From Candidatus Sumerlaeaceae bacterium (GTDB lineage: Bacteria > Sumerlaeota > Sumerlaeia > Sumerlaeales > Sumerlaeaceae), in assembly GCA_049968255.1 (NCBI GenBank), contig JBMFRB010000003.1:128898-192897 (forward strand): a stretch of DNA of 64,000 bases. Direction: 5' to 3'. A program made the position numbers and the translations under genes. A model generated the notes under the pieces. The model was not told the origin of the DNA and did not search any database. It saw only the letters and a list, made by a program, of their open reading frames with translations. This document shows positions 10,659 through 21,259 of the stretch, one piece after another. How positions within the stretch are numbered: the stretch's first letter is position 1; the number at the start of each line of letters is the position of its first letter.

Positions 10659-11486
10659 TCACTGAATTTTGAGTTCTTGTTTCGTGCCTTTCGAGGCGCC
10701 CTTGGCACGTGGGACCTCGATTGTCAGCACGCCGTTTTCCAACTTTGTTTTCGCTTTCGCGGGTTCGGCATCCGGCGGCAGGTAAACGTCGCGCCGGAAT
10801 TGGCCGTAGAAGATTTCCCGCCTGGCGAAGCCTTTGCGGTTTTCATCTACTCGGCTTTCGCGCTTGCCCTCGATGCTCAGGCGGCCGTTTTCCACGGTCA
10901 CCTTCACCTCGTCCTTGTTCACACCGGGCAAGTCGAAGCGGTAGATGTAGGCGTCATCCCTCTCTTCGAACTCGCCCATGGGGCTAAAGCGCGCCGCCAT
11001 CTGGCCAAACTGACGCGCTTGGTCGCTCATGCGGCGCCACGCCTGCTGGAACATTCGGTCCATGCGGGCCCGCATCTCCTGCATTTCTCGCCACGGGTCC
11101 CAACGCCCCCCAAACGGGGCCCATGCGTCAGTGTCGTTCCAGTTGTTGTCCAGCCAAGGCAAACGATCCACATCTTCTTGTCCGGACGGCGCCGTCGCAC
11201 GTTTCGTGCTAGGAGAGGCCACTTCCTCGCGCTCGAGCATCCGCAGCGCCTCGTTCACGCGTTCGTCAGGGCTCTTGGAGCGGTCGCGGAGAAGGGCCTG
11301 CAGCCTCTCACGCAGACTCTCGCTCGCCTGGATGGCCGGCTTGGCTTTCGCCTGCTCGCTGGTCGCAGTCTCGCTTGATGTGCTCTGGGCCAGCGTGACA
11401 GGCGCCGTCACCGTAAGCACGGCGGCGAGAATCGGTGCGGCCACGTGTCTGCGCTGCGCCTCAAGGATCGTCCACCACATTTTCAT
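10659..11486 (-). CDS. Small heat shock protein with N-terminal signal peptide-like extension
   Basis: FDLPGVNKDEVKV, YGQFRRDVYLP, LENGVLTIEVPR; N-terminus RRHVAAPILAAVLTVTAPVTLA-Q; AGGAGGGA RBS upstream. Confidence 0.9.
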   Translation of the reverse strand: MKMWWTILEAQRRHVAAPILAAVLTVTAPVTLAQSTSSETATSEQAKAKPAIQASESLRERLQALLRDRSKSPDERVNEALRMLEREEVASPSTKRATAPSGQEDVDRLPWLDNNWNDTDAWAPFGGRWDPWREMQEMRARMDRMFQQAWRRMSDQARQFGQMAARFSPMGEFEERDDAYIYRFDLPGVNKDEVKVTVENGRLSIEGKRESRVDENRKGFARREIFYGQFRRDVYLPPDAEPAKAKTKLENGVLTIEVPRAKGASKGTKQELKIQ

Positions 11487-11990
11487 CGCTCCATCCCTCC
11501 TTTCTGTCGAGAAGTCTGAAGCGACTTTCCGTTCGTCCCTATTGCACAGAACGTGCCAGAAACATGTGGGCCTCGTGCTTCGCAGAATGAGCTGAATAAG
11601 CCGTTTCTTTGTGCTGGCCCGTGCAAAAATCGTGGTCGGGGGAGCGCCCGTATTGGCGCAACTTTACGCACGGCACGAGCGAGATCGTGTGAAAATGTGT
11701 CACAGCGAAACTTGTCCAAAAGGAACTTTCTGAGTAACGGGTGAAGGGGGAACGCGCTCCGTGCTCGCATGGCGTACCGTTTTGGAGTGCATACGTCACG
11801 GATGTCTTTGAAAATTCTGGGCTTGTGTTTGGTGTCTCGCCCGTCAGGCGTACGGCGCAAGGCCCGCTCGGCGGCGCGTCTCTTGCTTGGGAGCAAGAGA
11901 GGAGTGGTTCTTGTTTTTGCGTCTTTGTCGAGCAGGCGTGGCCCCCTTGCCAAGCCGCTCGCAAATCGCTAAGCGAGGGAGGACGGGATA

Positions 11991-14318
11991 ATGTCGGATT
12001 TGATGAGGCGTAGCAGCGATCGATTGCACAAAATCGTGCTTATCGGCAACTACCTACCGCGTCAGTGCGGCATCGCGACTTTTACCACGGACCTTTTGAC
12101 CTCCTTGGCCAGTGAGGCGCACGACTCCGAAGTTTGCGCTGTAGTCATGAACGACATCCCCGAAGGCTACGACTATCCGCCCGAGGTGCGCTTTGAGATC
12201 AATCAAAAGAAACTCTCGGACTACCGGCTAGCGGCGGATTTCCTCAACATGAGCCAAGTGGATGTTGTCTGTCTCCAGCATGAATACGGAATTTTTGGAG
12301 GTGAGAGTGGGGCGTACATTTTGGAATTGCTGGCGCACCTGCGGATGCCTGTTGTCTCAACGCTCCACACCGTTCTGCAGCAGCCAACGCCAAGCCAACG
12401 GCACGTTCTGCGCTCGATCTGTCAGCACTCGGACCGTGTCGTGGTTATGAGTAACCGTGCGGTTGAGTTGCTTCAGGAAATCTATGATGTGCCGCGCGAC
12501 AAGATTGTGATGATTGGCCACGGCATTCCCGACGTGCCGTTTGTCGATCCGAACTTTTATAAGGATCAATTCTGCGTCGAGGGGCGCAAAGTCATGCTCA
12601 CCTTTGGCCTGCTGTCGCCAGGCAAGGGCATCGAATACATGATTGAAGCCTTGCCCGAGATCGTAGCGGCGCACCCCGACGTCGTGTACATCGTCCTCGG
12701 GGCCACCCATCCGCACATTAAACGTCAGTCGGGCGAATCCTATCGTATGTCGCTACTGCGACGGGCCCGCGAGCTAGGTGTGGATTCGCACCTTATTTTC
12801 CATAATCGCTTTGTCGAGCTTTCCGATCTCTGTGAGTTCCTTGGTGCGGCCGATGTTTACGTCACGCCCTACATAAACAAAGAACAAATTGTCTCCGGCA
12901 CGCTGGCCTACGCGCTGGGAGCCGGCAAAGCGGTTGTCTCGACGCCCTACTGGTACGCTGAGGAAATGCTTGCCGAGGGGCGCGGGCGGCTCGTTGGTTT
13001 CTGCGACTCGAAATCTTTGGCCGAGCAAATCATCGACCTGCTGACGAACGAAGTCGAGCGCCATGCGATGCGTAAGCGCGCTTACACGTTCACGCGCGAT
13101 ATGGTCTGGAAGGAAGTTGCGCGCAAGTACCTCCACGTTTTCCACGTTGTGAAATGCGAGCGCGCCAGCAAACCCCGGCCGCATTTCCACACACGCACCG
13201 CAGAAGTGCCTCCCCACGAAATGCCGCCCGTGAAACTCGACCACGTGCTGCGCCTGACAGACGACGTCGGCATTCTCCAGCACGCAAAGTTTGCTGTACC
13301 GGATCGCTATCACGGCTACTGCACGGATGACAATGCGCGGGCGCTTATCACCGTTCTTCAAGCTCAGGAGATTCTCACCGAGCCGCTCCCCGGCGGCCGG
13401 AGGATCGAGGAGCTGGCCTATTTATATCTAAGCTTCTTGCATTACGCCTTCAATGAAGAGACCGGTCGCTTTCGCAACTTTATGGCCTACGACCGGCGCT
13501 GGCTCGAAGAGGTCGGCGCCGAAGATTGCCACGGCCGGGCCGTGTGTGGACTCGGCGTGGCCATCGGTCTGTCGCACTCGGACCATCTTGTGGGCGCCGC
13601 CATGCCAATTTTCGAAAAAGCCTTGGCAGCGGTGGAACAGTTTACCTCGCCGCGCGCTTGGGCTTTCGGACTCATCGGAGCCCACGCGTACCTCAACCGT
13701 TATTCCGGCGACAGCGAGGTGCGGCGTATCTGCGATCGGTTGGCCTCGCGTCTGTTTGCACTGTGGCGCGACCATGCCGACGAGCACTGGTGCTGGCCAG
13801 AGCCTTACGTGACTTACGAAAACGCGCGCATACCCCAGGCACTAATCCTAGCGGGGCGCACCCTCGACAGCAGCGAAATGGTCTCGGCCGGAATCAAATG
13901 CCTGGAGTGGCTGGCCCGTTTACAGCTCGATGAACGTGGCCATTTTGTCCCGATCGGCAATCGTGGTTGGTATGCGCGCGGCGCTGAGCGGGCACGCTTC
14001 GATCAACAGCCCGTCGAGGCGCAGGCCATGATCGAGGCCTGCCGCGCCGCGTACGTGGCCACGCTCGATAAAAAATGGAGTGACTACGCACAGCTTTGCC
14101 TCGATTGGTTTCTCGGGCGCAACGATCTGTCCGTCCCTCTCTACGATGAGGTCACAGGTGGTTGCTGCGATGGGCTCACGCCTAATGGTCCGAACCGCAA
14201 CCAGGGGGCGGAATCGACCCTGGCCTGGCTGCTCACCCTGCTCAATGCCTATGAAATGAATAGCCTCCAGGTAGCGGCGGACACAAGCGCCCCGGCACAC
14301 GCGACACTTTCCAGCTAA
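11991..14318 (+). CDS. GT4 glycosyltransferase fused to a C-terminal six-hairpin glycosidase-like domain
   Basis: PRQCGIATFT, QHEYGIFGG, FGLLSPGKGIE, SGTLAYALGAG; C-terminal GYCTDDNARAL, FDQQPVEA, NQGAESTLA. Confidence 0.9.
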   Translation: MSDLMRRSSDRLHKIVLIGNYLPRQCGIATFTTDLLTSLASEAHDSEVCAVVMNDIPEGYDYPPEVRFEINQKKLSDYRLAADFLNMSQVDVVCLQHEYGIFGGESGAYILELLAHLRMPVVSTLHTVLQQPTPSQRHVLRSICQHSDRVVVMSNRAVELLQEIYDVPRDKIVMIGHGIPDVPFVDPNFYKDQFCVEGRKVMLTFGLLSPGKGIEYMIEALPEIVAAHPDVVYIVLGATHPHIKRQSGESYRMSLLRRARELGVDSHLIFHNRFVELSDLCEFLGAADVYVTPYINKEQIVSGTLAYALGAGKAVVSTPYWYAEEMLAEGRGRLVGFCDSKSLAEQIIDLLTNEVERHAMRKRAYTFTRDMVWKEVARKYLHVFHVVKCERASKPRPHFHTRTAEVPPHEMPPVKLDHVLRLTDDVGILQHAKFAVPDRYHGYCTDDNARALITVLQAQEILTEPLPGGRRIEELAYLYLSFLHYAFNEETGRFRNFMAYDRRWLEEVGAEDCHGRAVCGLGVAIGLSHSDHLVGAAMPIFEKALAAVEQFTSPRAWAFGLIGAHAYLNRYSGDSEVRRICDRLASRLFALWRDHADEHWCWPEPYVTYENARIPQALILAGRTLDSSEMVSAGIKCLEWLARLQLDERGHFVPIGNRGWYARGAERARFDQQPVEAQAMIEACRAAYVATLDKKWSDYAQLCLDWFLGRNDLSVPLYDEVTGGCCDGLTPNGPNRNQGAESTLAWLLTLLNAYEMNSLQVAADTSAPAHATLSS

Positions 14319-14344
14319 CTCGAAACCGCCAGGAGGTGTGAGCG

Positions 14345-15571
14345 ATGGCGAATCAACCAATCGTTCTCATAAGTTCCTATCCGCCGCGGCTCTGCGGCAT
14401 TGCCACATTTTGCGAAGAAGCACGCGAGTTCCTACAGCGCGCGGAACCTGAGCGCGACGTGCTCGTGATTTCCCACACGGACGGGGAAGGTGAAGGAGTC
14501 TTTCCGATTATTGACATGCGGCGCGAGGATTGGTGGCGCCCTGTCGTTGAGCAGGTGCGAAGGCTCGACCCTTATGCTGTCCACATCCAGCACGAGTACG
14601 GACTCTACGAGTACCACGACGAGCGTGGTATGGGCGATGGCAATGAGGGCTTTCTCACGCTGCTGTCGGCACTTCACGACTGGCCGGTCATTGTGGAGCC
14701 TCATACCATTCATGGGCGCATGCGCGATTTCGAGGCGGACTTCGTTTACAAGATGTGCCGCCGCGCCCACGTGGTGCTCTTCAAATGCCACTATCAAAAG
14801 TGGCGGTGGGACTGGACATGCAGCGCGCGCCGGTGGCCCATTCCGAAAAACATCATGGTGGTGCCGCACGGCGCTCGCCCCGACAAGCGATGGGGGATCC
14901 ACGAAATTCCCGCGCTGCGCCACGAGTTTGGCCTAGATCAAATCGGCCTGGCAAACCACATTATTGGCATGATTGGGTGGATCCAATCAAACAAGCGTTG
15001 GGATATTCTCCTTTCGATGTGGGAGGAGATCCACAATGAGATCCTGGCACGTACGGGCGAAGACTGGGACCTCCTGGCTGCGGGCGCGATGCGCGACCCC
15101 GCCCATCGTCAGGACTACGAAGAATGGGTTGCAGAGGTGCGGATCCTCGCAGCGAAGGGCATTGCCCACTATCACGAGTTTATCCCGCGCGGCGAGGCGT
15201 ACTACAAGCTCATGGCCGTCTGCGACTTCATCGTGCTCCCCTCGACCGACGAAACCCAATCGGGGACACTGGCGCGCATTATCGCCCTGAACAAGCCCTT
15301 TCTCACTACGGCGCCAATGGAAGGGCTGACGGCCCAAGCACTCGAAAGCGGCGGTGGGCTTCTCTTCACGAACAAGCAAATGCTACGCGAAAACGTCATC
15401 CGTCTGGCCACTGACGAACAGCTGCGCCTCCAGCTTGGCGAGAACTTGCGACGTTATCTTGAGCAGGTCGTCTCGTGGGAAGTGGTCGCGCAGCAATACC
15501 GGGAAGCCTACGAGCTAGCGCGCACGGCACTGCAAACAGGAACACCGGTCACCCTACCGCCGGAATTCTAG
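14345..15571 (+). CDS. GT4 family glycosyltransferase
   Basis: SSYPPRLCGIATF, QHEYGLY, ETQSGTLAR, SWEVVAQQY; paralogous to the N-terminal part of the upstream gene. Confidence 0.88.
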   Translation: MANQPIVLISSYPPRLCGIATFCEEAREFLQRAEPERDVLVISHTDGEGEGVFPIIDMRREDWWRPVVEQVRRLDPYAVHIQHEYGLYEYHDERGMGDGNEGFLTLLSALHDWPVIVEPHTIHGRMRDFEADFVYKMCRRAHVVLFKCHYQKWRWDWTCSARRWPIPKNIMVVPHGARPDKRWGIHEIPALRHEFGLDQIGLANHIIGMIGWIQSNKRWDILLSMWEEIHNEILARTGEDWDLLAAGAMRDPAHRQDYEEWVAEVRILAAKGIAHYHEFIPRGEAYYKLMAVCDFIVLPSTDETQSGTLARIIALNKPFLTTAPMEGLTAQALESGGGLLFTNKQMLRENVIRLATDEQLRLQLGENLRRYLEQVVSWEVVAQQYREAYELARTALQTGTPVTLPPEF

Positions 15572-15872
15572 AAGAGCACCAATGGTGAGGGTTGGCGCCT
15601 TTTGCTCTCGGCGTGCCCCATGCTCTGCGAGTTTAGCTTTGCACACGGAGCAGCGCGCCAAACACGAAGAATCTGGCGCGAAAGGCCTAACGTTGGGCCG
15701 TACACACGTAGCAGGGCGGCAGGGCTAATTGTCTCTAGGACAATGTCCGACTGACCGCGCTGCTCGCTTTTTCACCGTCCCGTCACATGCAATAAACTTG
15801 CGCTTTCCGCAAAATCTGTGCCCCCTTCGTGTTCGGCGCTATTAGCCACTAATTCGGAAGGAGATTTTCGGT

Positions 15873-17309
15873 GTGCTGATTGTCGATCAACTGCGTAGAG
15901 GATTTTCTGCCTTGCGGCTGCTATGCTGGTCTGGAATTGCGTTCGTCATCGCTGGCGCTGCCTCCGGATTTGCCTCATCAACCAGTAACGGCGATGGGGA
16001 AACGACTGGATCGGCCAACAAAAGGACCGGTTTTTTCCCTCCGCTTGTGTGGGGTCAGGAGCGTGAATGGAAGTTGCAAATGCAGGCAGACCAGCGTGTG
16101 CGATTCGAACGCCGCGATAACTATGATCTCGATAAGCGCAAAGCCGACAACGACGACCTCGGCCTGGTGCGAACGCGCGTGAAATTCGACCTTACATACC
16201 GCACGTGGTGGCGCGTGCATCTGGGACTGGTCGATGCGCGCCAGGTCGGGGCTCGAACCGATATCATGCAAGAAGCTTATTGGCACCTCCATCAGTTATT
16301 TGTGGAGGCAAAAGCGCGTGAGGGCTCTCCCTGGACCATCACCGTGGGGCGCCAATCTTTTGACTTTGGCGAAGGGCGCCTTGTCGAGTACGGCACATGG
16401 GCGAATTTCCTAAAGCTTTTTGATGGGGCGCGCCTGCGATATCAGGACTCTGGTATGGATGTAAGTCTCTTTCTCGTCCAGCCGCTCATCTATCAACACC
16501 ATCACACACCCTTTCTCGTCACAGGCGCGCCTCATCCTCAGCGCCACACGTTTTTTTATGGTGTTTATTCCACTTTCAAATGGTGGGCGCCGCATGAAGT
16601 GGATCTCTACGCTCTCGGTCTGAGCGACCGGAGTAACATGCGCACGTTCCCTTCGAGTGTAAAGAGTGAGGCCGGCGAGTACGGCACATCGAGTCGCTAC
16701 ACACTAGGCACACGCTTGCGCGGTCCACTTGTCAAGCACGCGGGGCTAGGCACACTGGGTTATGGGCTCGAGGCGGCTTATCAGTGGGGCAATGTCAGCG
16801 GGGACACTGTGCGTGCCTATATGGTTCACGCCGATCTCAATTACACATGGAACAGCCCTTGGAAACCGATGCTGAAAATTGAAGGCAACCTTGCGAGTGG
16901 CGATCGTCGCTTCGGCGATGGCGAGAACAATACGTTCAACCCGCTTTTTGGCAGTTCTCACACGCCTTATGGCATCATAGATTTTGTGCGCCTTCAAAAC
17001 CTTCGCGAAGTGGCCCTCAATTATAGCATCGAGCCAACCTCGAAACTCAAGCTGCAGGCCGAGGCTCACCACTACTGGCTAGATTCACGAACCGATGCCT
17101 GGTTTGGTGGTCCAGGACTGCGCGACAAGACCGGACAGAGCGGGCGTGACTTGGGCGACGAGCTCAGCCTTGTGGCCAAATACAAATTGACCAAGCGCGT
17201 TTCGCTCGAGGGCGGATTCTCTCATTTTTTCCCAGGCAATTTCCCACGTAAGGCGGGCAAGACCGACGGCGCAAATTTCTTCTATCTCCAATATGAGCTG
17301 CAGCTTTAG
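15873..17309 (+). CDS. Alginate export (AlgE-like) outer membrane beta-barrel protein
   Basis: Signal peptide, RVRFE, VGRQ..FG..RLV, FDGARL, ASGD....NTFNPLF, terminal amphipathic strand FFYLQYELQL. Confidence 0.85.
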   Translation: MLIVDQLRRGFSALRLLCWSGIAFVIAGAASGFASSTSNGDGETTGSANKRTGFFPPLVWGQEREWKLQMQADQRVRFERRDNYDLDKRKADNDDLGLVRTRVKFDLTYRTWWRVHLGLVDARQVGARTDIMQEAYWHLHQLFVEAKAREGSPWTITVGRQSFDFGEGRLVEYGTWANFLKLFDGARLRYQDSGMDVSLFLVQPLIYQHHHTPFLVTGAPHPQRHTFFYGVYSTFKWWAPHEVDLYALGLSDRSNMRTFPSSVKSEAGEYGTSSRYTLGTRLRGPLVKHAGLGTLGYGLEAAYQWGNVSGDTVRAYMVHADLNYTWNSPWKPMLKIEGNLASGDRRFGDGENNTFNPLFGSSHTPYGIIDFVRLQNLREVALNYSIEPTSKLKLQAEAHHYWLDSRTDAWFGGPGLRDKTGQSGRDLGDELSLVAKYKLTKRVSLEGGFSHFFPGNFPRKAGKTDGANFFYLQYELQL

Positions 17310-17471
17310 GGAGAAGAATGCGCACGTGATCCAGTTTTCCACCCGCCCCCTACGGGGCCAAGCTTCGACGCAGAGATCATTTTGTTGCGAGAAGCGCTCC
17401 CCAGTCGCGCGAAAAGGGATGAATGATTGAATATGGTTGTACGACGCCAATAGTTCACCTTAGTAAATCAA

Positions 17472-17981
17472 ATGTCGCCGCGTGTACATCATACCGAATC
17501 GATCATCGCCGACGCTATCATTGCTTTGCAGGCATTAGCCGAAGTCTTCCAGAGGCGGCGCGAGACGTTGGCTCGGCAAGCTGGCCTCACTGTTGAGCAA
17601 TGGCGCGTGCTCGAAGAGATTGCGGGCGAATCATTTATGGCCTCGCTCTTCGCTCGTGAGCGCCGACGCTCCCGCGCAGCGGTCTCAAAGATCATTCGCC
17701 AGCTCCTTGATAAAAAGATCATTGAGACCGCCGTATCGGTGCACGATGGTCGCCAGCGCACGTACCGGCTGACGCCGGCAGGACGAGCCACCTTGCGAAA
17801 ACTGCGCCGGGCCCGCCGCGAGGCCATCGCAAAGGTTTGGTGCAAATTTGATGCGCAACAGCTTCACAGCTTCACCGTGTTCAGCCGCGAGCTGTGCACG
17901 CGGCTTGAAGCGCTGAGCAGCCCGCCGCGCCGTTCGCGGGCGCCACTTGCAGCAACCGAAAGGAAAACCAAAAATGGGTAA
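17472..17981 (+). CDS. MarR family transcriptional regulator
   Basis: [36 protein letters not shown] wing motif. Confidence 0.9.
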   Translation: MSPRVHHTESIIADAIIALQALAEVFQRRRETLARQAGLTVEQWRVLEEIAGESFMASLFARERRRSRAAVSKIIRQLLDKKIIETAVSVHDGRQRTYRLTPAGRATLRKLRRARREAIAKVWCKFDAQQLHSFTVFSRELCTRLEALSSPPRRSRAPLAATERKTKNG

Positions 17982-19407
17982 GAGCCTCTACGACAAAGTC
18001 TTCGATCTGCACACCGTGCGCAAACTGCCTTCCGGGCAATATCAGCTCTTCATGGGGCTGCAGCTCATTCACGAGGTCACCTCGCCCCAAGCCTTTGCCA
18101 TGTTGCGCGAGCGCGGCTGGAAGGTTCTTTATCCGCATCGCAACTTCGCCACCGTTGATCACATTGTGCCCACTCATTCGCAGCAGCGGCCGTTCGAGGA
18201 CCCGCTGGCCGAGGAAATGATGCAAGCCATCGAGCGCAATGCGCGCGATTTCGGCATCAAACTTTTCACGCCGGACACGGGGCAGCAGGGCATCGTGCAT
18301 ATGATTGGCCCCGAGCTTGGTCTGACTCAGCCAGGCATGACTATCTGCTGCGGCGATTCGCACACTGCCACGCACGGCGCCTTCGGCGCCCTCGCTTTTG
18401 GCATCGGCACGAGTCAGGTGCGCGACGTTCTCGCCACACAAACGCTTGCCATGGGTAAGCTCAAGGTGCGGCGCATCGAGGTCAACGGCGAGCTTGCCCC
18501 AGGCGTCTATGCCAAGGACGTCATTCTCTATATCATCAATCGCCTCGGCGTGAAAGGTGGAGTGGGTTACGCCTATGAATATGCAGGCGATGTCTTCGAT
18601 CGCATGAACATGGAAGGCCGCATGACGGTGTGCAACATGTCCATCGAAGGTGGAGCGCGTTGCGGCTACGTGAATCCTGACCAAACGACCTATGACTATA
18701 TCAAAGGCCGTCCCTACGCCCCACCAGCCGAAAAATGGAATGAAGCGCTCCGTTTCTGGGAAAGCATAAAGTCCGATCCCGATGCCGACTACGACGACGT
18801 GGTCACCTATCGCGCCGACAACATTCCGCCTATGGTCACTTGGGGTATCACTCCCGGCCAGTCAATCGGCATTGATGACGTGATCCCAGACAAAAATGCC
18901 TTTCCCCCGAGCGAGCATTCGTTGGTGGAGGAGGCTTACACCTACATGGGGGTGAAGCCAGGCCAGCCCATCAAAGGAATGAAAATTGACGTGGCATTCA
19001 TCGGCTCGTGCACTAATGGCCGCATCTCGGATTTCGAAGAGGTCGTGAAACTCATCGAGGGACGCGGCTACAAAGTGGCGCCTCACGTGCGTGCCCTTGT
19101 TGTGCCAGGCAGCCAGCTCGTTCGCGACGAAATGGTACGTCGCGGCTACGACAAAATCCTCACGCAGGCGGGCTTCGAGTTCCGCGAAGCCGGATGCTCG
19201 ATGTGCCTTGCCATGAACCCTGACAAGCTGCGAGGCAACGAAGTTTGCGCCAGCTCAAGCAACCGCAATTTCAAAGGTCGCCAAGGCTCGCCCACGGGTC
19301 GCACTATCCTCATGTCGCCGGTGATGGTGGCCGCCGCCGCCTTTGCTGGCGAAGTGGTGGACGCACGCGAGTTCTTTGGCATTGGTGCCGTGAAAGGAGA
19401 CTCGTGA
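17974..19407 (+). CDS. leuC: 3-isopropylmalate dehydratase large subunit
   Basis: [51 protein letters not shown]; ATG 17974 with AAGGA RBS. Confidence 0.96.
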   Translation: MGKSLYDKVFDLHTVRKLPSGQYQLFMGLQLIHEVTSPQAFAMLRERGWKVLYPHRNFATVDHIVPTHSQQRPFEDPLAEEMMQAIERNARDFGIKLFTPDTGQQGIVHMIGPELGLTQPGMTICCGDSHTATHGAFGALAFGIGTSQVRDVLATQTLAMGKLKVRRIEVNGELAPGVYAKDVILYIINRLGVKGGVGYAYEYAGDVFDRMNMEGRMTVCNMSIEGGARCGYVNPDQTTYDYIKGRPYAPPAEKWNEALRFWESIKSDPDADYDDVVTYRADNIPPMVTWGITPGQSIGIDDVIPDKNAFPPSEHSLVEEAYTYMGVKPGQPIKGMKIDVAFIGSCTNGRISDFEEVVKLIEGRGYKVAPHVRALVVPGSQLVRDEMVRRGYDKILTQAGFEFREAGCSMCLAMNPDKLRGNEVCASSSNRNFKGRQGSPTGRTILMSPVMVAAAAFAGEVVDAREFFGIGAVKGDS

Positions 19408-20024
19408 TGGACAATATGAAAAGAGTGCGCATTGCTGGTAAGGCGATCAGCGTGCGCGGCAACGACATAGATACAGATCGCATTATTCCCGCGCGTTACC
19501 TGCGCTGCGTGACCTTCGACGGCCTCGGCGAACACGTCTTCGAGGACGACCGCGAACAGCTCCGCCGCAGCGGGCAACTCCACCCCTTTGATCATCCCAA
19601 ATTCGCTAACGCAGAAATTCTCTTCGTGAACAAGAATTTTGGGTGCGGCTCATCACGCGAGCACGCTCCCCAGGCCATCATGCGTTGGGGCAAGGGCATC
19701 AAGGCGATCGTCGGCGAAAGCTTCGCTGAAATCTTCTTCGGCAATTGCGTCGCCCTGGGCATTCCCTGCGTCACGGTGAGCGAAGATGTGGCCCATGAAA
19801 TCCAGTCGCTCAACGAAGCTGCGCCAGAGACCGTGTTCTCCGTGGACCTTGAAAGTCTCACGCTGGCGGCTGACAACGGCAAGCAATGGCCTATCCAGCT
19901 GGCCGAAGGGCCCCGCCAGCAGTTCTTGCTGGGGCGCTGGGACTCAACAGCCGAGCTGATGGAGACCATGGACCTCATCGCGAAAACAGCCGAGCGCCTG
20001 CCCTATTTTAACCACTGGCGCTAA
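19407..20024 (+). CDS. leuD: 3-isopropylmalate dehydratase small subunit
   Basis: DIDTDRIIPARYL, NFGCGSSREHAPQA, SFAEIFFGNC; TGATG coupling to leuC. Confidence 0.96.
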   Translation: MDNMKRVRIAGKAISVRGNDIDTDRIIPARYLRCVTFDGLGEHVFEDDREQLRRSGQLHPFDHPKFANAEILFVNKNFGCGSSREHAPQAIMRWGKGIKAIVGESFAEIFFGNCVALGIPCVTVSEDVAHEIQSLNEAAPETVFSVDLESLTLAADNGKQWPIQLAEGPRQQFLLGRWDSTAELMETMDLIAKTAERLPYFNHWR

Positions 20025-21259
20025 TATCGCCCCCTTTTTGCGCAAGGCACTGCGATTGTTGGGTGACAACCGAGACTCTCTTCTACGCCCCTCCGCAAGC
20101 CCCGCGCGTGACGTGGTCCTCGGCCGTATGCGACATTTCGAGGACGCGTCAAAATCTGAGCGCGATGAGGATGAGGTTTAGATCCGGGGCGCTCGCGAAA
20201 AGTCTAGAGCGCCAGCATGTTCGCATGTGGGCATGATCGTCCTCGTGATGCGCAAAACCGGGGAAAGGCCGCGGCTGGCGAGTGGCGCGGGACAATATCA
20301 CGGTTGCTGGCATGCTTGCCTGACCAAGCACACCTGTGTGGGCGCAGTGCTCTGGCCGCGCGCGTGGAAGCGTGCGGAGGTCCCTTATTTTTTTACGTTT
20401 TTCCTCCCGGAGTTAGGTTGCGGCTATCCTTCCTCGTGTTGCCGCTGCCTTCATGCCCGTTGATACGACGCGAGCCACCCGCGCGTCGCCCCACCTCCTC
20501 GTGCCTGAGAAAAAAGCCAGCGATTCACTTCAGTCTAGGCTGAAGCCCCGCATGGGGCGCGTGGAACACAGTGCCGTAGTCGGACTTTTCCCATGAAGGG
20601 CATAAGGGCGTAATTTTAGCTAAATTGCCTCCCAGGGGGCATGCGTTCTTGTTACCTTTGCTCCACAGGAATGTTTCGCAATAAGCACATCTCATGATAC
20701 GAAGTCTTAGCTCCGTTCGTTGGAGCGTCTGCGAAGAAACCCTTCGGGCGCTGCGCGTCATGCCGTGGCAACCGGAGAGCTTCGCCGCTGAGCTGGCGTC
20801 GGTGCAGGTAGATGTTAAGGCGAGAGTGTGGCTCGGTGATCCTTCTAAAAGCAGAGGAATTTGAAGGCCACCTTTGGGGCGTGAAATTCTGCCTAGGAAT
20901 CTGCGGAAAAGTTTGCGTGAGCTCGGGCTGCGAAACAAGAAGAGACAGTGCGTTTTTTTGATTTGGAACGATCCAATTTTTCTTGCGTCTAAATGTGAGA
21001 AACCAAAGTTTATGGTGCATACCTGTGACGGGGTAAAATTTTCGTGCTGGAATGCTTTGCAGGTAAGGTGGAGCACCCAGGGGCCATGAGGCGCGAGCGA
21101 ATGTTGCTAGCTCCTGCGCAACGCGGCGGGTGTGACAGAATGACGCTGTCTCTTCGCGGAACGGCTTCCCACTCGTCTACGTGGACTCCGCCCGTGTCGG
21201 ATCGTCAGTACGGTTTTTTTATTCCTAGGAGCAAAGACCCCAGCCGAAGGTGAAAGGAC

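Noticed and set aside
10044-11378. 444-aa plus-strand ORF
   Set aside because: Antisense shadow of two clear Hsp20 genes; no recognisable motifs
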